From contig CAVRGP010000011.1 in NCBI GenBank assembly GCA_963720755.1, positions 736,001 to 800,000 on the forward strand: a stretch of 64,000 nucleotides of DNA. The letters run 5' to 3'. Of the stretch, positions 25,096 to 36,711 are shown piece by piece; positions within the stretch are counted from its first letter, which is position 1, and each line of letters opens with the position of its first letter. Both the position numbers and the translations under genes were made by a program. Origin of the DNA: an uncultured Chloroflexia bacterium. Its GTDB lineage: Bacteria; Chloroflexota; Limnocylindria; Limnocylindrales; CSP1-4. Under the pieces are notes generated by a model, which searched no databases, had not been told where the DNA came from, and worked only from the letters and a program-made list of their open reading frames with translations.

Positions 25096-26682
25096 GTGTC
25101 CGACGTCACCCGCCTGCTCGCGCATGAGATGGCCGCCCTCCTGCGGTCCGGTGATGTGTCGTCGCGCGAGCTCACCGAGGCGCACCTGTCGGCCGCCGAG
25201 CGGGACAACCCGGCGCTCAATGCCTGGCTCCTGATCGACCGCGATCGAGCCCTCCAGATGGCGGACACGGCCGACGCCCGGCTTGCGGCCGCCAGGAGCG
25301 AGCCAGGCGATGCCCTCGACGGATCGCCGCTGCTGGGCATCCCCGTGGCCCTGAAGGACCTCGTGTCGGTCGCTGGCGGCCCATGCACGGCCGGATCCCG
25401 GATCCTCGCGGGATACCACGCCCCGTATGACGCCCACATCACGGAGCGCCTGCGGGAGGCAGGGGCCGTCATCCTGGGCAAGACGAACATGGACGAATTC
25501 GCGATGGGCTCGTCGACCGAGCATTCGGCGTTCGGGCCCACGGCGAACCCCTGGGCCCTCGACCGGGTCCCGGGTGGCAGCAGCGGCGGGTCGGCCGCCG
25601 CCGTCGCGGCATTCCATAGCCCGCTGTCGATCGGCACCGATACCGGAGGGTCCATCCGCCAGCCGGCGGCCCTGTGCGGCATCGTCGGGATGAAACCGAC
25701 GTACGGGCGGGTCAGCCGATACGGGATCGTCGCCTTCTCCAGCTCGCTTGACCAGATCGGTCCGTTCGCCCGGGACGCGCGTGATGCCGCCGCGCTCTTG
25801 TCCGCCATCGCTGGACGTGACGACCGCGATTCGACGTCGTCGCCGGAGCCGGTCCCAGCCACCCTGACGGCGTTGGCGTCCGGCGACGACGAGGCCGCTG
25901 CAGGGTTGCGCGGAAAGCGGATCGGTCTTCCTCGCGAGTACTTCGTGGCCGGCATGGAGCCCGGCGTGGAACGGCTGGTCCGCGATGCGGTCGCGGCCCT
26001 CGGGGCCGCCGGGGCGATCGTCGAGGACGTCAGCCTGCCGCACACCGACTACGGCCTCGCCACCTACTACATCGTCGCCCCGGCTGAGGCGTCGGCCAAC
26101 CTCGCCCGATACGACGGGATCCGCTTCGGGCCGAGGATCGGCGACGGCGACGTACTCGCGAATTACCTCGCGACCCGGGGGCAGGGCTTCGGGGCGGAGG
26201 TCAAGCGCCGGATCATGCTCGGGACCTATGCACTGTCGGCCGGGTACTACGACGCCTACTACCTGAAGGCCCAGAAGGTCCGGACCCTGATCAAGGCCGA
26301 TTTCGATGCGCTCTGGGCGGATGGGTTCGATGCCCTCGTCGCGCCCACGTCCCCGACCGTGGCGTTCCGCTTCGGGGATCGTCTGGCCGACCCGGTCGCC
26401 ATGTACCTGTCCGACGCCTGCACCCTGCCGGTCAACATGGCCGGCCTGCCCGGCGTCTCCATCCCGTGCGGCCTGTCCGACGGACTGCCGGTCGGCCTCC
26501 AGCTCATCGGGGCGCCGTGGTCGGAGGCAGCGCTCCTCGGCCTGGCGCGCGGCTATGAAGCGATCACCGTCGATGAGCCGTGGCGATCGCTCGAGCCGAC
26601 TGATCTTGCCGCCGCGGCGGATCCGGCCGCCCCGAGCCCATCGGAGCGGATGGCCGCGCTGGTCGCATCGTCCGCGACCTGA
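25096..26682 (+). CDS. gatA: Asp/Glu-tRNA amidotransferase subunit A
   Basis: Amidase signature GKTNMDEFAMGSSTE, PGGSSGGS and GTDTGGSIRQPA; also EVKRRIMLGTYALSAGYYDAYY. Confidence 0.98.
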   Translation: MSDVTRLLAHEMAALLRSGDVSSRELTEAHLSAAERDNPALNAWLLIDRDRALQMADTADARLAAARSEPGDALDGSPLLGIPVALKDLVSVAGGPCTAGSRILAGYHAPYDAHITERLREAGAVILGKTNMDEFAMGSSTEHSAFGPTANPWALDRVPGGSSGGSAAAVAAFHSPLSIGTDTGGSIRQPAALCGIVGMKPTYGRVSRYGIVAFSSSLDQIGPFARDARDAAALLSAIAGRDDRDSTSSPEPVPATLTALASGDDEAAAGLRGKRIGLPREYFVAGMEPGVERLVRDAVAALGAAGAIVEDVSLPHTDYGLATYYIVAPAEASANLARYDGIRFGPRIGDGDVLANYLATRGQGFGAEVKRRIMLGTYALSAGYYDAYYLKAQKVRTLIKADFDALWADGFDALVAPTSPTVAFRFGDRLADPVAMYLSDACTLPVNMAGLPGVSIPCGLSDGLPVGLQLIGAPWSEAALLGLARGYEAITVDEPWRSLEPTDLAAAADPAAPSPSERMAALVASSAT

Positions 26683-26772
26683 CCGACACAGCGACACGCG
26701 GCCCGCGACAACGGGCGGTGCGGCCCTCGCGCTCTGGCCGATCGCCGACGACCATTCCATCGGAGGTGACGT

Positions 26773-27588
26773 ATGCGGTTTCAGAAGCGCATCGCGCTCG
26801 GTGCCGTCCTCGGGACGGTCGCCGGGATCACGGCCAGTCGGACCGTCAAATGGTGGCGGACGTGGGGGGCGGACCCGGTCGAGAGCACGAAGGCCCTGCC
26901 CGGCGACGATCTCGTGCCGACGCCCACGGCGGTCGACACTCGGGGGATCACGATCGATGCCCCACCCGAAGCCGTCTGGCCATGGCTGGTCCAGATGGGC
27001 TATGGCCGGGCCGGCTGGTACAGCTACGACGCGCTGGACATGCGCGGCAAGAGCGCCGATCGGATCGTGCCCGAGTGGCAGACCATCGAGGTCGGCGATG
27101 TCATGCCGAACTCCCCGGGTGGCGGATTCTCGGTCCGGGCCGTCGAGCCCGGCCGGACGCTCGTGCTCTACTCCGACACAGACCTCGTCGCCAGTCAGGC
27201 CGAGGCGGCGAATGGGTCCGACCCCGGCGACGCGCCCAAGGGTCTGGCAGCCTCGGGTGCGATCCTGCGCCAGACGCCGACCGAGTTCGCGGCAAGCTGG
27301 GCGTTCGTTCTCGAGCCACTCGATCTCGGTCGAACCCGCCTGATCGAGCGCTTCCGGGTCCGCTTCGGCCAGCCGACGCCGGCCTTCAGGATCATCGCAC
27401 CGACGATGGGCTTCGGTGTCTTCGTCATGCTCCAGCGGCAGATGCTGGGCATCCGCGACCGGGCCCAGATGACCGCGGTCGCGCCGGCCATGCCGACGCC
27501 CGCCGGCAAGTCGAGCAAGGGCAAGACCAACGGGCACGCGGTCGAAGACGCCACGGCGACCGAGGTCGTGGTCGGCGCACCCGCCTGA
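26773..27588 (+). CDS. SRPBCC-like protein
   Basis: TWGA...LPGDDLVP...TIDAPPEAVWPWLVQMGYGRAGWYSYD...SWAFVL...MLGIRDRA; GGAGGTG RBS. Confidence 0.65.
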   Translation: MRFQKRIALGAVLGTVAGITASRTVKWWRTWGADPVESTKALPGDDLVPTPTAVDTRGITIDAPPEAVWPWLVQMGYGRAGWYSYDALDMRGKSADRIVPEWQTIEVGDVMPNSPGGGFSVRAVEPGRTLVLYSDTDLVASQAEAANGSDPGDAPKGLAASGAILRQTPTEFAASWAFVLEPLDLGRTRLIERFRVRFGQPTPAFRIIAPTMGFGVFVMLQRQMLGIRDRAQMTAVAPAMPTPAGKSSKGKTNGHAVEDATATEVVVGAPA

Positions 27589-27658
27589 CGACGGCCCCGG
27601 CGCTCGCCAACCGGGCGGAGTGGCCCATCGGGGGCTCGATGACGTACGCTTCGAGGCG

Positions 27659-28876
27659 ATGGTGACCGAGTCGAGCCCCCGCGCGCCCCTGACCGAACGC
27701 GTGCTGTCGGATCGGGTCAAGAGCGTCCCCCCGTCCGGCATCCGCCGCTTCTTCGACATCCTGGCGACGATGGACGACGTCATCAGCCTCGGGGTGGGCG
27801 AGCCGGACTTCGACACCCCGCGGGTGATCGTCGAGGCCGGTGTCGAGAGTCTTCGCGAAGGTCGGACCCATTACACCTCGAACTACGGGACGCTGGAACT
27901 CCGGCGTGCCCTGACCGATCACCTCGAGGGCCGGTATGGCGTGCGCTACGACCCGGCGACCGAGTTGCTCATCACGGTCGGGGCGTCGGAAGCGGTCGAC
28001 CTGGCGCTTCGCGCGACGTGCGACCCGGGCGATGAGGTCATCCTCCATGAGCCGAGCTACGTCGCGTATGTCCCGGCGATCGTCTTCGCCGGCGGAGTCG
28101 TTCGGCACGTGGCGACCCGGTTCGAGGACGACTTCGCCCTGGATCCGGCGGCCGTCGAGGCGGCTATCACGCCGCGGACCAAGGCCCTGTTCCTGGGCTA
28201 CCCATGCAACCCGACCGGCGCAGTCCTGCCCGAGGCGGTCGCGGATGCCATCGCCGAGATCGCGGTCCGCCACGACCTGCTCGTCTACAGCGACGAGATC
28301 TACGACCGGCTAGCCTACGGGACCTACCGCCATCGGGCGATGAGTGCCCTGCCCGGGATGCGTGAGCGGACGATCCTGATGGGCGGCTTCTCGAAGGCCT
28401 ACGCGATGACCGGCTGGCGGGTCGGGTATGTCGCGGCGCCGGCCGAGATCCTTGAAGGGATGGTCAAGGTCCACCAGTACGGGATCATGTCGGCGCCCAC
28501 CACTGCCCAGGACGCCGCCCTCGCGGCGATCCTCCTCGGCGAGTCCGAGGTCGAGCGGATGCGCGCGGAGTACGACCGACGCCGTCGGCTCCTGGTCGAT
28601 GGGCTGAACGCCCTCGGTCTCGACACCTTCGAACCCCGGGGTGCGTTCTATGCCTTTCCCCGGATCTCGTCGACCGGACTGACCGATCAGGCCTTCACCG
28701 AGGGCCTGCTGACCGAGGAGCGGGTCGCGGTCGTCCCCGGCAGCGCCTTCGGACCGTCTGGCAGCGGACACGTCCGCATGTGCTATGCGACGTCGTATGA
28801 GCGACTCGAGGAAGCGCTCGTCCGGATCGGCCGGTTCGTCGAGCGACATCGGTCGGAGCCGGTCGCTCCGGCATGA
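27659..28876 (+). CDS. PLP-dependent aminotransferase class I/II (aspartate aminotransferase-like)
   Basis: LGVGEPDF, PCNPTG, SDEIY, GFSKAYAMTGWRVG (PLP lysine) and GAFY. Confidence 0.93.
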   Translation: MVTESSPRAPLTERVLSDRVKSVPPSGIRRFFDILATMDDVISLGVGEPDFDTPRVIVEAGVESLREGRTHYTSNYGTLELRRALTDHLEGRYGVRYDPATELLITVGASEAVDLALRATCDPGDEVILHEPSYVAYVPAIVFAGGVVRHVATRFEDDFALDPAAVEAAITPRTKALFLGYPCNPTGAVLPEAVADAIAEIAVRHDLLVYSDEIYDRLAYGTYRHRAMSALPGMRERTILMGGFSKAYAMTGWRVGYVAAPAEILEGMVKVHQYGIMSAPTTAQDAALAAILLGESEVERMRAEYDRRRRLLVDGLNALGLDTFEPRGAFYAFPRISSTGLTDQAFTEGLLTEERVAVVPGSAFGPSGSGHVRMCYATSYERLEEALVRIGRFVERHRSEPVAPA

Positions 28877-30342
28877 CCGTCACGGAGCGTGCTCGGTACG
28901 AGGCGGTCATCGGGATCGAGGTCCATTGCCAGCTTCGGACCGCGTCCAAGATGTTCTGTGGCTGCTCCACCGCCTACGACGGCGCGGACCCCAATACGCA
29001 TGTCTGTCCGGTCTGCCTCGGTCTTCCTGGGGCGCTTCCGACGATCAACCGACGCGCGGTCGAACTCGTCCTGACGACGGGAGCGGCGATCGAGGCGACC
29101 GCGCCCGAGGCGACCCGCTGGGACCGCAAGAACTACTTCTATCCGGACCTTCCGAAGGGCTACCAGATCAGCCAGTACGACCTCCCGCTGGCATCACTTG
29201 GGCGGCTGACCTTCGAGACGTCAGATGGGCCGTTCACGGTCGCGATCACCCGGGCGCACCTCGAAGAGGACACGGCCAAGCTGGTCCACGCCACCGATCC
29301 CGATGGCCGCAAGGTCAGCCTCGTCGATTTCAACCGGTCCGGCGCACCGCTCATGGAGATCGTCACCGAGCCGGACATCAGAACGGCCGAACAGGCCCGT
29401 CGCTATGCCGAGGAACTCCAGCTGCTCCTCCGATCGATCGGCGCATCCGATGCGGACATGGAGCGTGGCCAACTGCGAGTCGAGGCGAACGTTTCGCTCC
29501 GTCCGGCGGGCACGGAGCCCTTCGGGACGCGGGTCGAGGTCAAGAACATGAATTCATTCCGGGCGGTCGAGCGGGCGATCGCCTTCGAGATCGACCGTCA
29601 GGGGGCCATCCTCGATGCGGGCGAGTCGCTCGAGCAGGAGACCCGCGGATGGTCCGAGGAGAGAGGCGAGACGTATCGGATGCGGGTGAAGGAGACATCC
29701 GACGACTATCGCTACTTTCCGGAGCCGGATCTGCCGCCGTTGCATCTCGATCCCGCCTGGCTGGCCGAGATCCGCTCCAGGCTGCCGGAACTGCCCGGTT
29801 CGCGGCGAGAGCGGTACGTGGCCGTCCTCGGCCTCAGCCCCTATGACGCCGCGGTCCTGGTGGCCGATCCCGCCGCGACGACCCTGTTCGAACGGATCCT
29901 GGCCACCGACCCCGACTCGGTGCCGAAACCGGTCGCCAACTGGGTCATCGGCGAATACCTTCGACTGCGCAACGCCGCCGAAGCGCCGGTGACGATCGAT
30001 CCGGCCGAATTCGCCGTCATCATCGCCGCTGTCGAGGCCGGCTCGATCTCGCGGGCCCAGGGTCGGGAGACGCTCGAGGTCCATGCGTCCACGGGCGCAG
30101 CGGCGAAGGCGATCATCGCGGAGCGCGGCTTCCGGCAGATCACCGACAGTGACGAGATGGCGGCCGCCGTCGATGCGGCCATCCGGGCCAACCCCGGTGC
30201 CGTTGCGGACTTCCGGGCCGGCAAGGCGCAGGCGGTCGGGTTCCTCGTCGGCCAGGTCATGAAGGCGACCCGCGGACAGGCGAACGCGGCGACCGTGCAA
30301 GGGCTCGTTCGCGAGCGTTTGGCCGGGGCAGGGGAGGACTGA
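28873..30342 (+). CDS. gatB: Asp/Glu-tRNA amidotransferase subunit B
   Basis: IGIEVHCQL, RKNYFYPDLPKGYQISQ, HLEEDTAK, DYRYFPEPDL and FLVGQVMKAT. Confidence 0.98.
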   Translation: MTVTERARYEAVIGIEVHCQLRTASKMFCGCSTAYDGADPNTHVCPVCLGLPGALPTINRRAVELVLTTGAAIEATAPEATRWDRKNYFYPDLPKGYQISQYDLPLASLGRLTFETSDGPFTVAITRAHLEEDTAKLVHATDPDGRKVSLVDFNRSGAPLMEIVTEPDIRTAEQARRYAEELQLLLRSIGASDADMERGQLRVEANVSLRPAGTEPFGTRVEVKNMNSFRAVERAIAFEIDRQGAILDAGESLEQETRGWSEERGETYRMRVKETSDDYRYFPEPDLPPLHLDPAWLAEIRSRLPELPGSRRERYVAVLGLSPYDAAVLVADPAATTLFERILATDPDSVPKPVANWVIGEYLRLRNAAEAPVTIDPAEFAVIIAAVEAGSISRAQGRETLEVHASTGAAAKAIIAERGFRQITDSDEMAAAVDAAIRANPGAVADFRAGKAQAVGFLVGQVMKATRGQANAATVQGLVRERLAGAGED

Positions 30343-30345
30343 CCG

Positions 30346-30627
30346 GTGAGCCTCCTGAACATCGTGCTGTGGCTCGGTGGCGTGGCGCTCATCATCGTGG
30401 GCTACCAGCGAGCGCGGCGACCGTGGGCCCGCTACCAGGCGCTCAAGGCCCAGGACGAGAACGTCGCACGCTACCAGTCGTGGCGAGGAGGCGTTCGCGA
30501 CGATACGGCGTCGGGACCGACCGGAGCCTCGGTGGCAATGGCCATCCTCCGCCGTCAGGCGCAGGTCGGTGGCGCCATCCTCGTCACCGGAGTGGTCCTG
30601 GTCTTCGTCGGGTTCCTCATCCGCTGA
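30346..30627 (+). CDS. Small two-TM membrane protein
   Basis: GGAGGA RBS, GTG start and two hydrophobic segments. Confidence 0.65.
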   Translation: MSLLNIVLWLGGVALIIVGYQRARRPWARYQALKAQDENVARYQSWRGGVRDDTASGPTGASVAMAILRRQAQVGGAILVTGVVLVFVGFLIR

Positions 30628-31095
30628 TCCGTCGCAACTCGATCGAGGTGCACCGGTTCATCGCGACCTCCAGGCCGCCCTCGTAGGCGATCCGGGCCGC
30701 CTCCCAGTCCAGCACGCCGAGCTGGAGCCACAACACGCGAGCGCCGATGGCGACCGCTTCACGAGCGTGGTGGGCGCACAGCTCGGATCGCCGGAAGACG
30801 TCCACGAGGTCGAACGGTCCGGTCGCCGCGGTCGCGGCGGCCAGGGTCGGATAGGCCGGCGAACCGAGGACCTCGGTGGCGGCCGGGTTGATCGGGACAC
30901 AGTCGAACCCTCGCGCCAGGAGATCCCGGAAGACGCCATTGGACGGCCGGCCAGGGGTCGCCGACGCGCCCACCACGGCGATCCTGCGCGTCGCACCAAG
31001 GATCCGTTCGATCCCGGCATCGTCGAGGACCGGGACCGGCCCGCGCCCTTCCTCCAGGTCGAGGAAGGCAGCGGCGCGTATCCGCTCTTCCCGAG

Positions 31096-31099
<4 letters not shown>
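30617..31099 (-). CDS. CoA-binding protein (YccU-like)
   Basis: IAVVGAS..PGRPS, PINP, DLVDVFRRS, VLWLQLG and MNRC. No ATG/GTG/TTG lies between the upstream permease stop and this domain; the start is inferred as the CTG overlapping that TGA. Confidence 0.85.
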
Positions 31100-32162
<1,063 letters not shown>

Positions 32163-32163
<1 letters not shown>

Positions 32164-33284
32164 CAGCGGATCGTCGCCTCGCCGCTGTAGGTCGCCGCGA
32201 AGGTCGTGGTCTCCTCAAGGCCTGTCCCGGCGCCTTTGAGTCGGAAGATCCGCTTGATGACCGGGCTGGCGACCAGGAAGAAGAGGATCGTCGCCTGCAG
32301 GACGCCGACCAGTTCAGCCGGGACCCCGGCCTGGATCTGCATCGCGGCCGAGCCGGTCCGCATCGCCCCGAACAGGAGCGCAGCCAGGACGATCCCGATC
32401 GGGCTCGTCCGGCCGAGCAGGGCCACGGCGATCGAGTCGAACCCGACCGTGGTGCCGTAGGTCGTCGTCATCTGATGGGTCGCACCCAACAGGTCGGTCG
32501 CCCCGGCCATCCCGGCCAGGAGGCCGGCCACCGACATCGTCCAGATGATCAGCCGTCGTGGCGACATGCCCGCGTACCGCGCGGCATCCGGACTTGCGCC
32601 GGCGATCCGGATCTCGAACCCGCGTGTCGTGCGGAAGAGCAGCCAGCCATAGAGCACCGCCATGATCGGCGCATAGATGATCGCGATCGTGCCATTGCGT
32701 CCGATGATCACCGGCAAAGCGGCGTTGCCGACGGGCAGGGTCGTCGGTGACACGGATCCCGGGACGTTCAACGGGCCACTCACGGCCGCCGCCAGGATGG
32801 CCAGGGCCACGAAGTTGAGCATGATCGTCGTCACCACTTCGTGGGCGCCGGACACGGCCTTGAGGAACCCGGGGATGAAGCCCCAGGCCGCGCCGAAGAC
32901 CATCCCCGCGGCCAGGGCGAGCGGAACCGCGACGATGACCGGGCTCTCGCGGAGCTGGACGCCGACGATGACCGAGCCGAGCGCGCCCATCAGGAATTGA
33001 CCCTGGGCACCGATGTTGAACAGCCCGGCCTTGAATGCCAGGCCCACCGACAGACCGCCGAGCAGGAGCGGCATCGAGTTGGTGAGCGTGTTGACGATCG
33101 CCCGCTCCGACCCGAGCGCCCCGCTGATCAGCGCGCCATAGGCATCGATCGCGAGGCCGAATGACAGTTCGCCGCTCACGAGCCACTCGGAACCGACGAT
33201 GACGAACGACCCGACGAGCAGGGCCAGGATGATCGAGATGAGCGGAAGCGCCAGCATCGCCCACACCCGGCTGATCACGGTCAT
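32163..33284 (-). CDS. Nucleoside/sugar ABC transporter permease (NupB-like)
   Basis: AFKAGLFNIGAQGQ, HEVVTTIMLNF and GFDSIAVALLG. Confidence 0.92.
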
Positions 33285-34879
33285 GCCGCACCCTCGGCCG
33301 CGCTCTTTTCCGGCTCATGGCCGCCGGTGGCCATGAGGATCCCGATCTCGTTCTTGTCCGCGGTCCGCGCATCGCGGATGCCGACCAGGCGGCCGCGATA
33401 CATGACGGCGATCCGATCGGACAGCTCGAGGACCTCGTCCAATTCGGCTGAGACAAGCAGGATCGCGGTGCCCGCATCGCGTTTGGCGATCGTCTGGCGA
33501 TGGATGAACTCGATGCTCCCGACGTCAAGCCCACGGGTCGGCTGATCCAGGACGAGGAGGCGCAGGTCACGGCCGAACTCGCGAGCGACGACGACCTTCT
33601 GCTGATTGCCGCCGGACAGGGTTGCCGCCTTGGCCTCGGCCGATGTCGTCCGGATGTCGAACGCCTTGATCCGTTCCTCGGCTGACGCCTTGATCGCCGC
33701 ATCATTGCGGAGCAGGCCGCGCGAGTACGGCGGTCGGTGGTAGCTGGTCAGGACCAGGTTGTCCGCGATGCTGAACGACAGGACAAGGCCGAACCGATGG
33801 CGATCTGCGGGGACGTAGCCGACACCGGTCTCGTAGATGGCCCGTGACCCCTTGCCGGTGATATCGGCATCGCCGAGTCGGACGTGTCCGCCACTCGGTT
33901 TGCGAAGCCCGACGATGGCTTCGACCAGTTCGTCCTGACCGTTGCCGGCGACGCCGGCGATGCCCAGGATCTCGCCCGCGCGGACCTCGAGGTCGATGTC
34001 GTGGACGACCTCCTGGCCTCGCGTGCCCTTGACGACCAGTCCGGAGACCGTCAGGACCGGGCCCGCGGGGTTCGATTCGCCGCGGTCGACCGTGAGTGAG
34101 ACTTCGCGGCCGACCATGAGCTCGGCGAGATCCGCCTCGTCGGTCGCCGACGGGACCCGTTCTCCGACGACCTTGCCGCGTCGAATGACGGTGATCCGAT
34201 CGGCGATCTCGATGACCTCGTACAGCTTGTGGCTGATGAAGACGATGCTGTGTCCTTCCGCGGCGAGGCGGCGGAGGACCTCGAAGATCTCCTCGGTTTC
34301 CTGGGGCGTGAGCACTGCGGTCGGCTCATCGAGGACCAGGATCTTGGCATTCCGATACAGCGCCTTCAGGATCTCGACGCGCTGCTGCCAGCCGACCGAG
34401 AGCGAGCCGACCTTGACGTCGGGGTCGATCTCGAACCCGAACCGGCGGCCGAGATCGACGATGCGGCGGCGGATCTCATTTCGGTCCAGGAAGACGCCGG
34501 CCGTGGTGGATTCCTGGCCGAGCACGATGTTCTCGGCGACGGTCAGCACGGGAACGAGCATGAAATGTTGATGGACCATGCTGATCCCGCGGGCGATGGC
34601 GTCTGACGGGCCGGTCAGACTGAGCTCTGTGCCGTCGAGCAGGATCTGACCCTCATCGGGGCGGGCCAGTCCGTACAGGATGTTCATGAGGGTGGTCTTG
34701 CCGGCGCCGTTCTCTCCGAGCAGCGCATGGATCTCGCCCGGGCGGATCTCAAGATCGATGGCGTCGTTGGCAACGACCCCCGGATAGCGCTTCGTGATGC
34801 CTCGCATCTCGAGCGCCGGAGCGCGGACGTTCGGGGATCCCGATTCCATGGGCTCTTCGCCCTCGTTCACGGTGGTCAT
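33281..34879 (-). CDS. ABC transporter ATP-binding protein (CUT2/NupA type, two NBDs)
   Basis: GENGAGKT, MVHQHFML, LDEPTAVLTPQE, LSGGNQQK and QPTRGLDVG. Confidence 0.95.
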   Translation of the reverse strand: MTTVNEGEEPMESGSPNVRAPALEMRGITKRYPGVVANDAIDLEIRPGEIHALLGENGAGKTTLMNILYGLARPDEGQILLDGTELSLTGPSDAIARGISMVHQHFMLVPVLTVAENIVLGQESTTAGVFLDRNEIRRRIVDLGRRFGFEIDPDVKVGSLSVGWQQRVEILKALYRNAKILVLDEPTAVLTPQETEEIFEVLRRLAAEGHSIVFISHKLYEVIEIADRITVIRRGKVVGERVPSATDEADLAELMVGREVSLTVDRGESNPAGPVLTVSGLVVKGTRGQEVVHDIDLEVRAGEILGIAGVAGNGQDELVEAIVGLRKPSGGHVRLGDADITGKGSRAIYETGVGYVPADRHRFGLVLSFSIADNLVLTSYHRPPYSRGLLRNDAAIKASAEERIKAFDIRTTSAEAKAATLSGGNQQKVVVAREFGRDLRLLVLDQPTRGLDVGSIEFIHRQTIAKRDAGTAILLVSAELDEVLELSDRIAVMYRGRLVGIRDARTADKNEIGILMATGGHEPEKSAAEGAA

Positions 34880-34896
34880 GGGTTGGGGATAGAGAT

Positions 34897-34927
34897 GAGC
34901 GGGCCGGTCATCACGACCGACCCGCTC
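34897..34927 (-). terminator. Intercistronic hairpin after the BMP lipoprotein gene (terminator or mRNA-stabilising stem)
   Basis: Minus-strand stem gagcgggtcggtc / gaccggcccgctc with a 5-nt loop, between the SBP and ATPase genes; no strong U-tract. Confidence 0.5.
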
Positions 34928-34945
34928 GACCAGACGTCGTCCGGT

Positions 34946-36151
34946 CTAGTTACCGATGGGCGGTGCGGGCGTCATGCCGCACTCGGGAGCTGGCGGGCAG
35001 GTGACGACGGTGCCACTGGCCATACCGGCCAGGGCCGTGTCGATCGTCGCCTGCATGTCCGCCGGGAGCTTGCTGGCCGCTTCGTAGAAGGGCGAGACCC
35101 CGACGCCGTCGTTGGCGGCGTTGTAGTAGATCTTGCCTCCAACGGCGGTGCCGCCGGAGATTTGCTGGATGGACGTCGCGACGGACACGCTCAGGTGCTT
35201 CTCTGCGCTTGTCAGGATGCACGCCTGCGACGCCGGGTAGGACTGGTACTGGTCGACGTCGACACCGATGGCGTTGATGCCGGCCGCACAGGCGGCGTCG
35301 ATGACACCGTTGCCGGTCGCGCCGGCGACCTGGAAGACGACGTCGATGCCCGGATTCTGCTTGATGAACTGCTGGCCGAAGGTTGTGCCACCGGGCTGGT
35401 CATAGAAGCCCTTGACGAAGTCGCTGGCCGAGACCCAAGCGGTCTTGACGACGATGCTCGGGTTGACCGACTGGGCTCCAAGGTAGTAGCCCTGGATGTA
35501 GCGAACGCACGGAGCGCAGACGGCGACGCCGCCGACGGCGCCGATGATCCCGCTCTGGCTGGCGGACGCGGCGACCATCCCGGCGAGGTAGCCGGCCTGG
35601 TCTTCCTGGAAGTTGATCGCGATGTAGTTCGGGATCAACGTGGCGAGGTCGCCGGAGCAATCGGAGAAGTCAAGGCTCACGTCACCGTTGGCGTCGATGC
35701 ACGGATCGGCGTCGACTCCGATGAACCAGATATCCGGGTTCTCCTTGGCCAGTTTGGCCGTGGCATTGACCAGGTTGAACCCGACCGCGACGATGATGTC
35801 GTAGCCCTGGTCGACGTAGGCCTGCAGGTCCGGCTCGTAGTCGGACGGTGCGGTCGGGACGACGACCGACGGTGTCTTGGCGCCGATCTGGCGCGCCCCG
35901 GCGACGGCGCCGGCGTAGCTGTACTGGTTGAAGTTCTTGTCGTTGACGGCACCGACGTCGGTGACGACGCCGATCTTGAGGTCGCTCGTCGGCTTGGCCG
36001 ACGGGGCCTCCGTCGGGGCTTCCGACATCGCGGCCGAAGGCTCCGTCGTCGGAGCGGTCGTCGGCGCGTTCGTCGCCGCGCTGCTGTTGCAGGCGGCGAC
36101 CAGGATGGACAACCCTGCGAACAGGGTCAGCCCAGTGCTGCGGATGCGCAT
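34946..36151 (-). CDS. BMP family ABC substrate-binding lipoprotein (purine nucleoside type)
   Basis: GGAGGAGG RBS, lipobox LVAAC, DVGAVNDKNFNQ, FQEDQAGYLAG, IGVDVDQ and LTSAEK. Confidence 0.93.
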   Translation of the reverse strand: MRIRSTGLTLFAGLSILVAACNSSAATNAPTTAPTTEPSAAMSEAPTEAPSAKPTSDLKIGVVTDVGAVNDKNFNQYSYAGAVAGARQIGAKTPSVVVPTAPSDYEPDLQAYVDQGYDIIVAVGFNLVNATAKLAKENPDIWFIGVDADPCIDANGDVSLDFSDCSGDLATLIPNYIAINFQEDQAGYLAGMVAASASQSGIIGAVGGVAVCAPCVRYIQGYYLGAQSVNPSIVVKTAWVSASDFVKGFYDQPGGTTFGQQFIKQNPGIDVVFQVAGATGNGVIDAACAAGINAIGVDVDQYQSYPASQACILTSAEKHLSVSVATSIQQISGGTAVGGKIYYNAANDGVGVSPFYEAASKLPADMQATIDTALAGMASGTVVTCPPAPECGMTPAPPIGN

Positions 36152-36333
36152 GTTTCCTCCTCCAAAGGTCCACGACCGGGTCATCCGGCATCGTGTTCGG
36201 ACCAGGGGCGACGTGGGCTAGTTGCCGTCGACCCTCCCGGCCGACCGCGGTGCACATCGTAACGACCGGAGGTATGACGCGGCAAGCCGATTCGCGCGAT
36301 CGCGGGGGGATGTCGCGGTCACGCCGCCGGGGC

Positions 36334-36711
36334 TCATCGCCGGCCGCGCTGCAGTTCGTCGATCCGCTCGTCGGAGATCCCGAGATGGTGGGCGATCTCG
36401 TGGTAGACGGTGTCCGCGACGGCCGCCGCGAATCGGTCCGGCGTCCGGTTCGCTCGCACCAGCGGCCCACGGAAGATCGTGATCTTGCTGGGCGCGGGGG
36501 CGCCATCCGCCGACCATCGGGTCCGCGGGATGCCCTGGTACAGGCCGAACAGTCCGCCTGCGCCGACCGATGCCAGCTGCTCCGCCGTCGCTTCGTCCTC
36601 GATGACGATGGCGACACTGCCGAGCTGATCTCGAAATGGCGCCGGCAGCGCCTCGAGGGCATCGATGACGATCGTCTCGATGTCGTCATCGGAAGGATCG
36701 AATGTGGCCAC
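36334..36711 (-). CDS. Zincin-like metallopeptidase (Zincin_1/DUF1025)
   Basis: LFGLYQGIP, KITIFRGPL and TVYHEIAHHLGISDERI (HExxH). Confidence 0.9.
   Translation of the reverse strand: MATFDPSDDDIETIVIDALEALPAPFRDQLGSVAIVIEDEATAEQLASVGAGGLFGLYQGIPRTRWSADGAPAPSKITIFRGPLVRANRTPDRFAAAVADTVYHEIAHHLGISDERIDELQRGRR

Noticed and set aside
36152-36275. Purine riboswitch in the leader of the nucleoside ABC operon
   Set aside because: A -10 box (TACGAT) and a long GC-rich hairpin are present on the minus strand, but the conserved purine-riboswitch junction and loop nucleotides are not. An Rfam scan would settle it.
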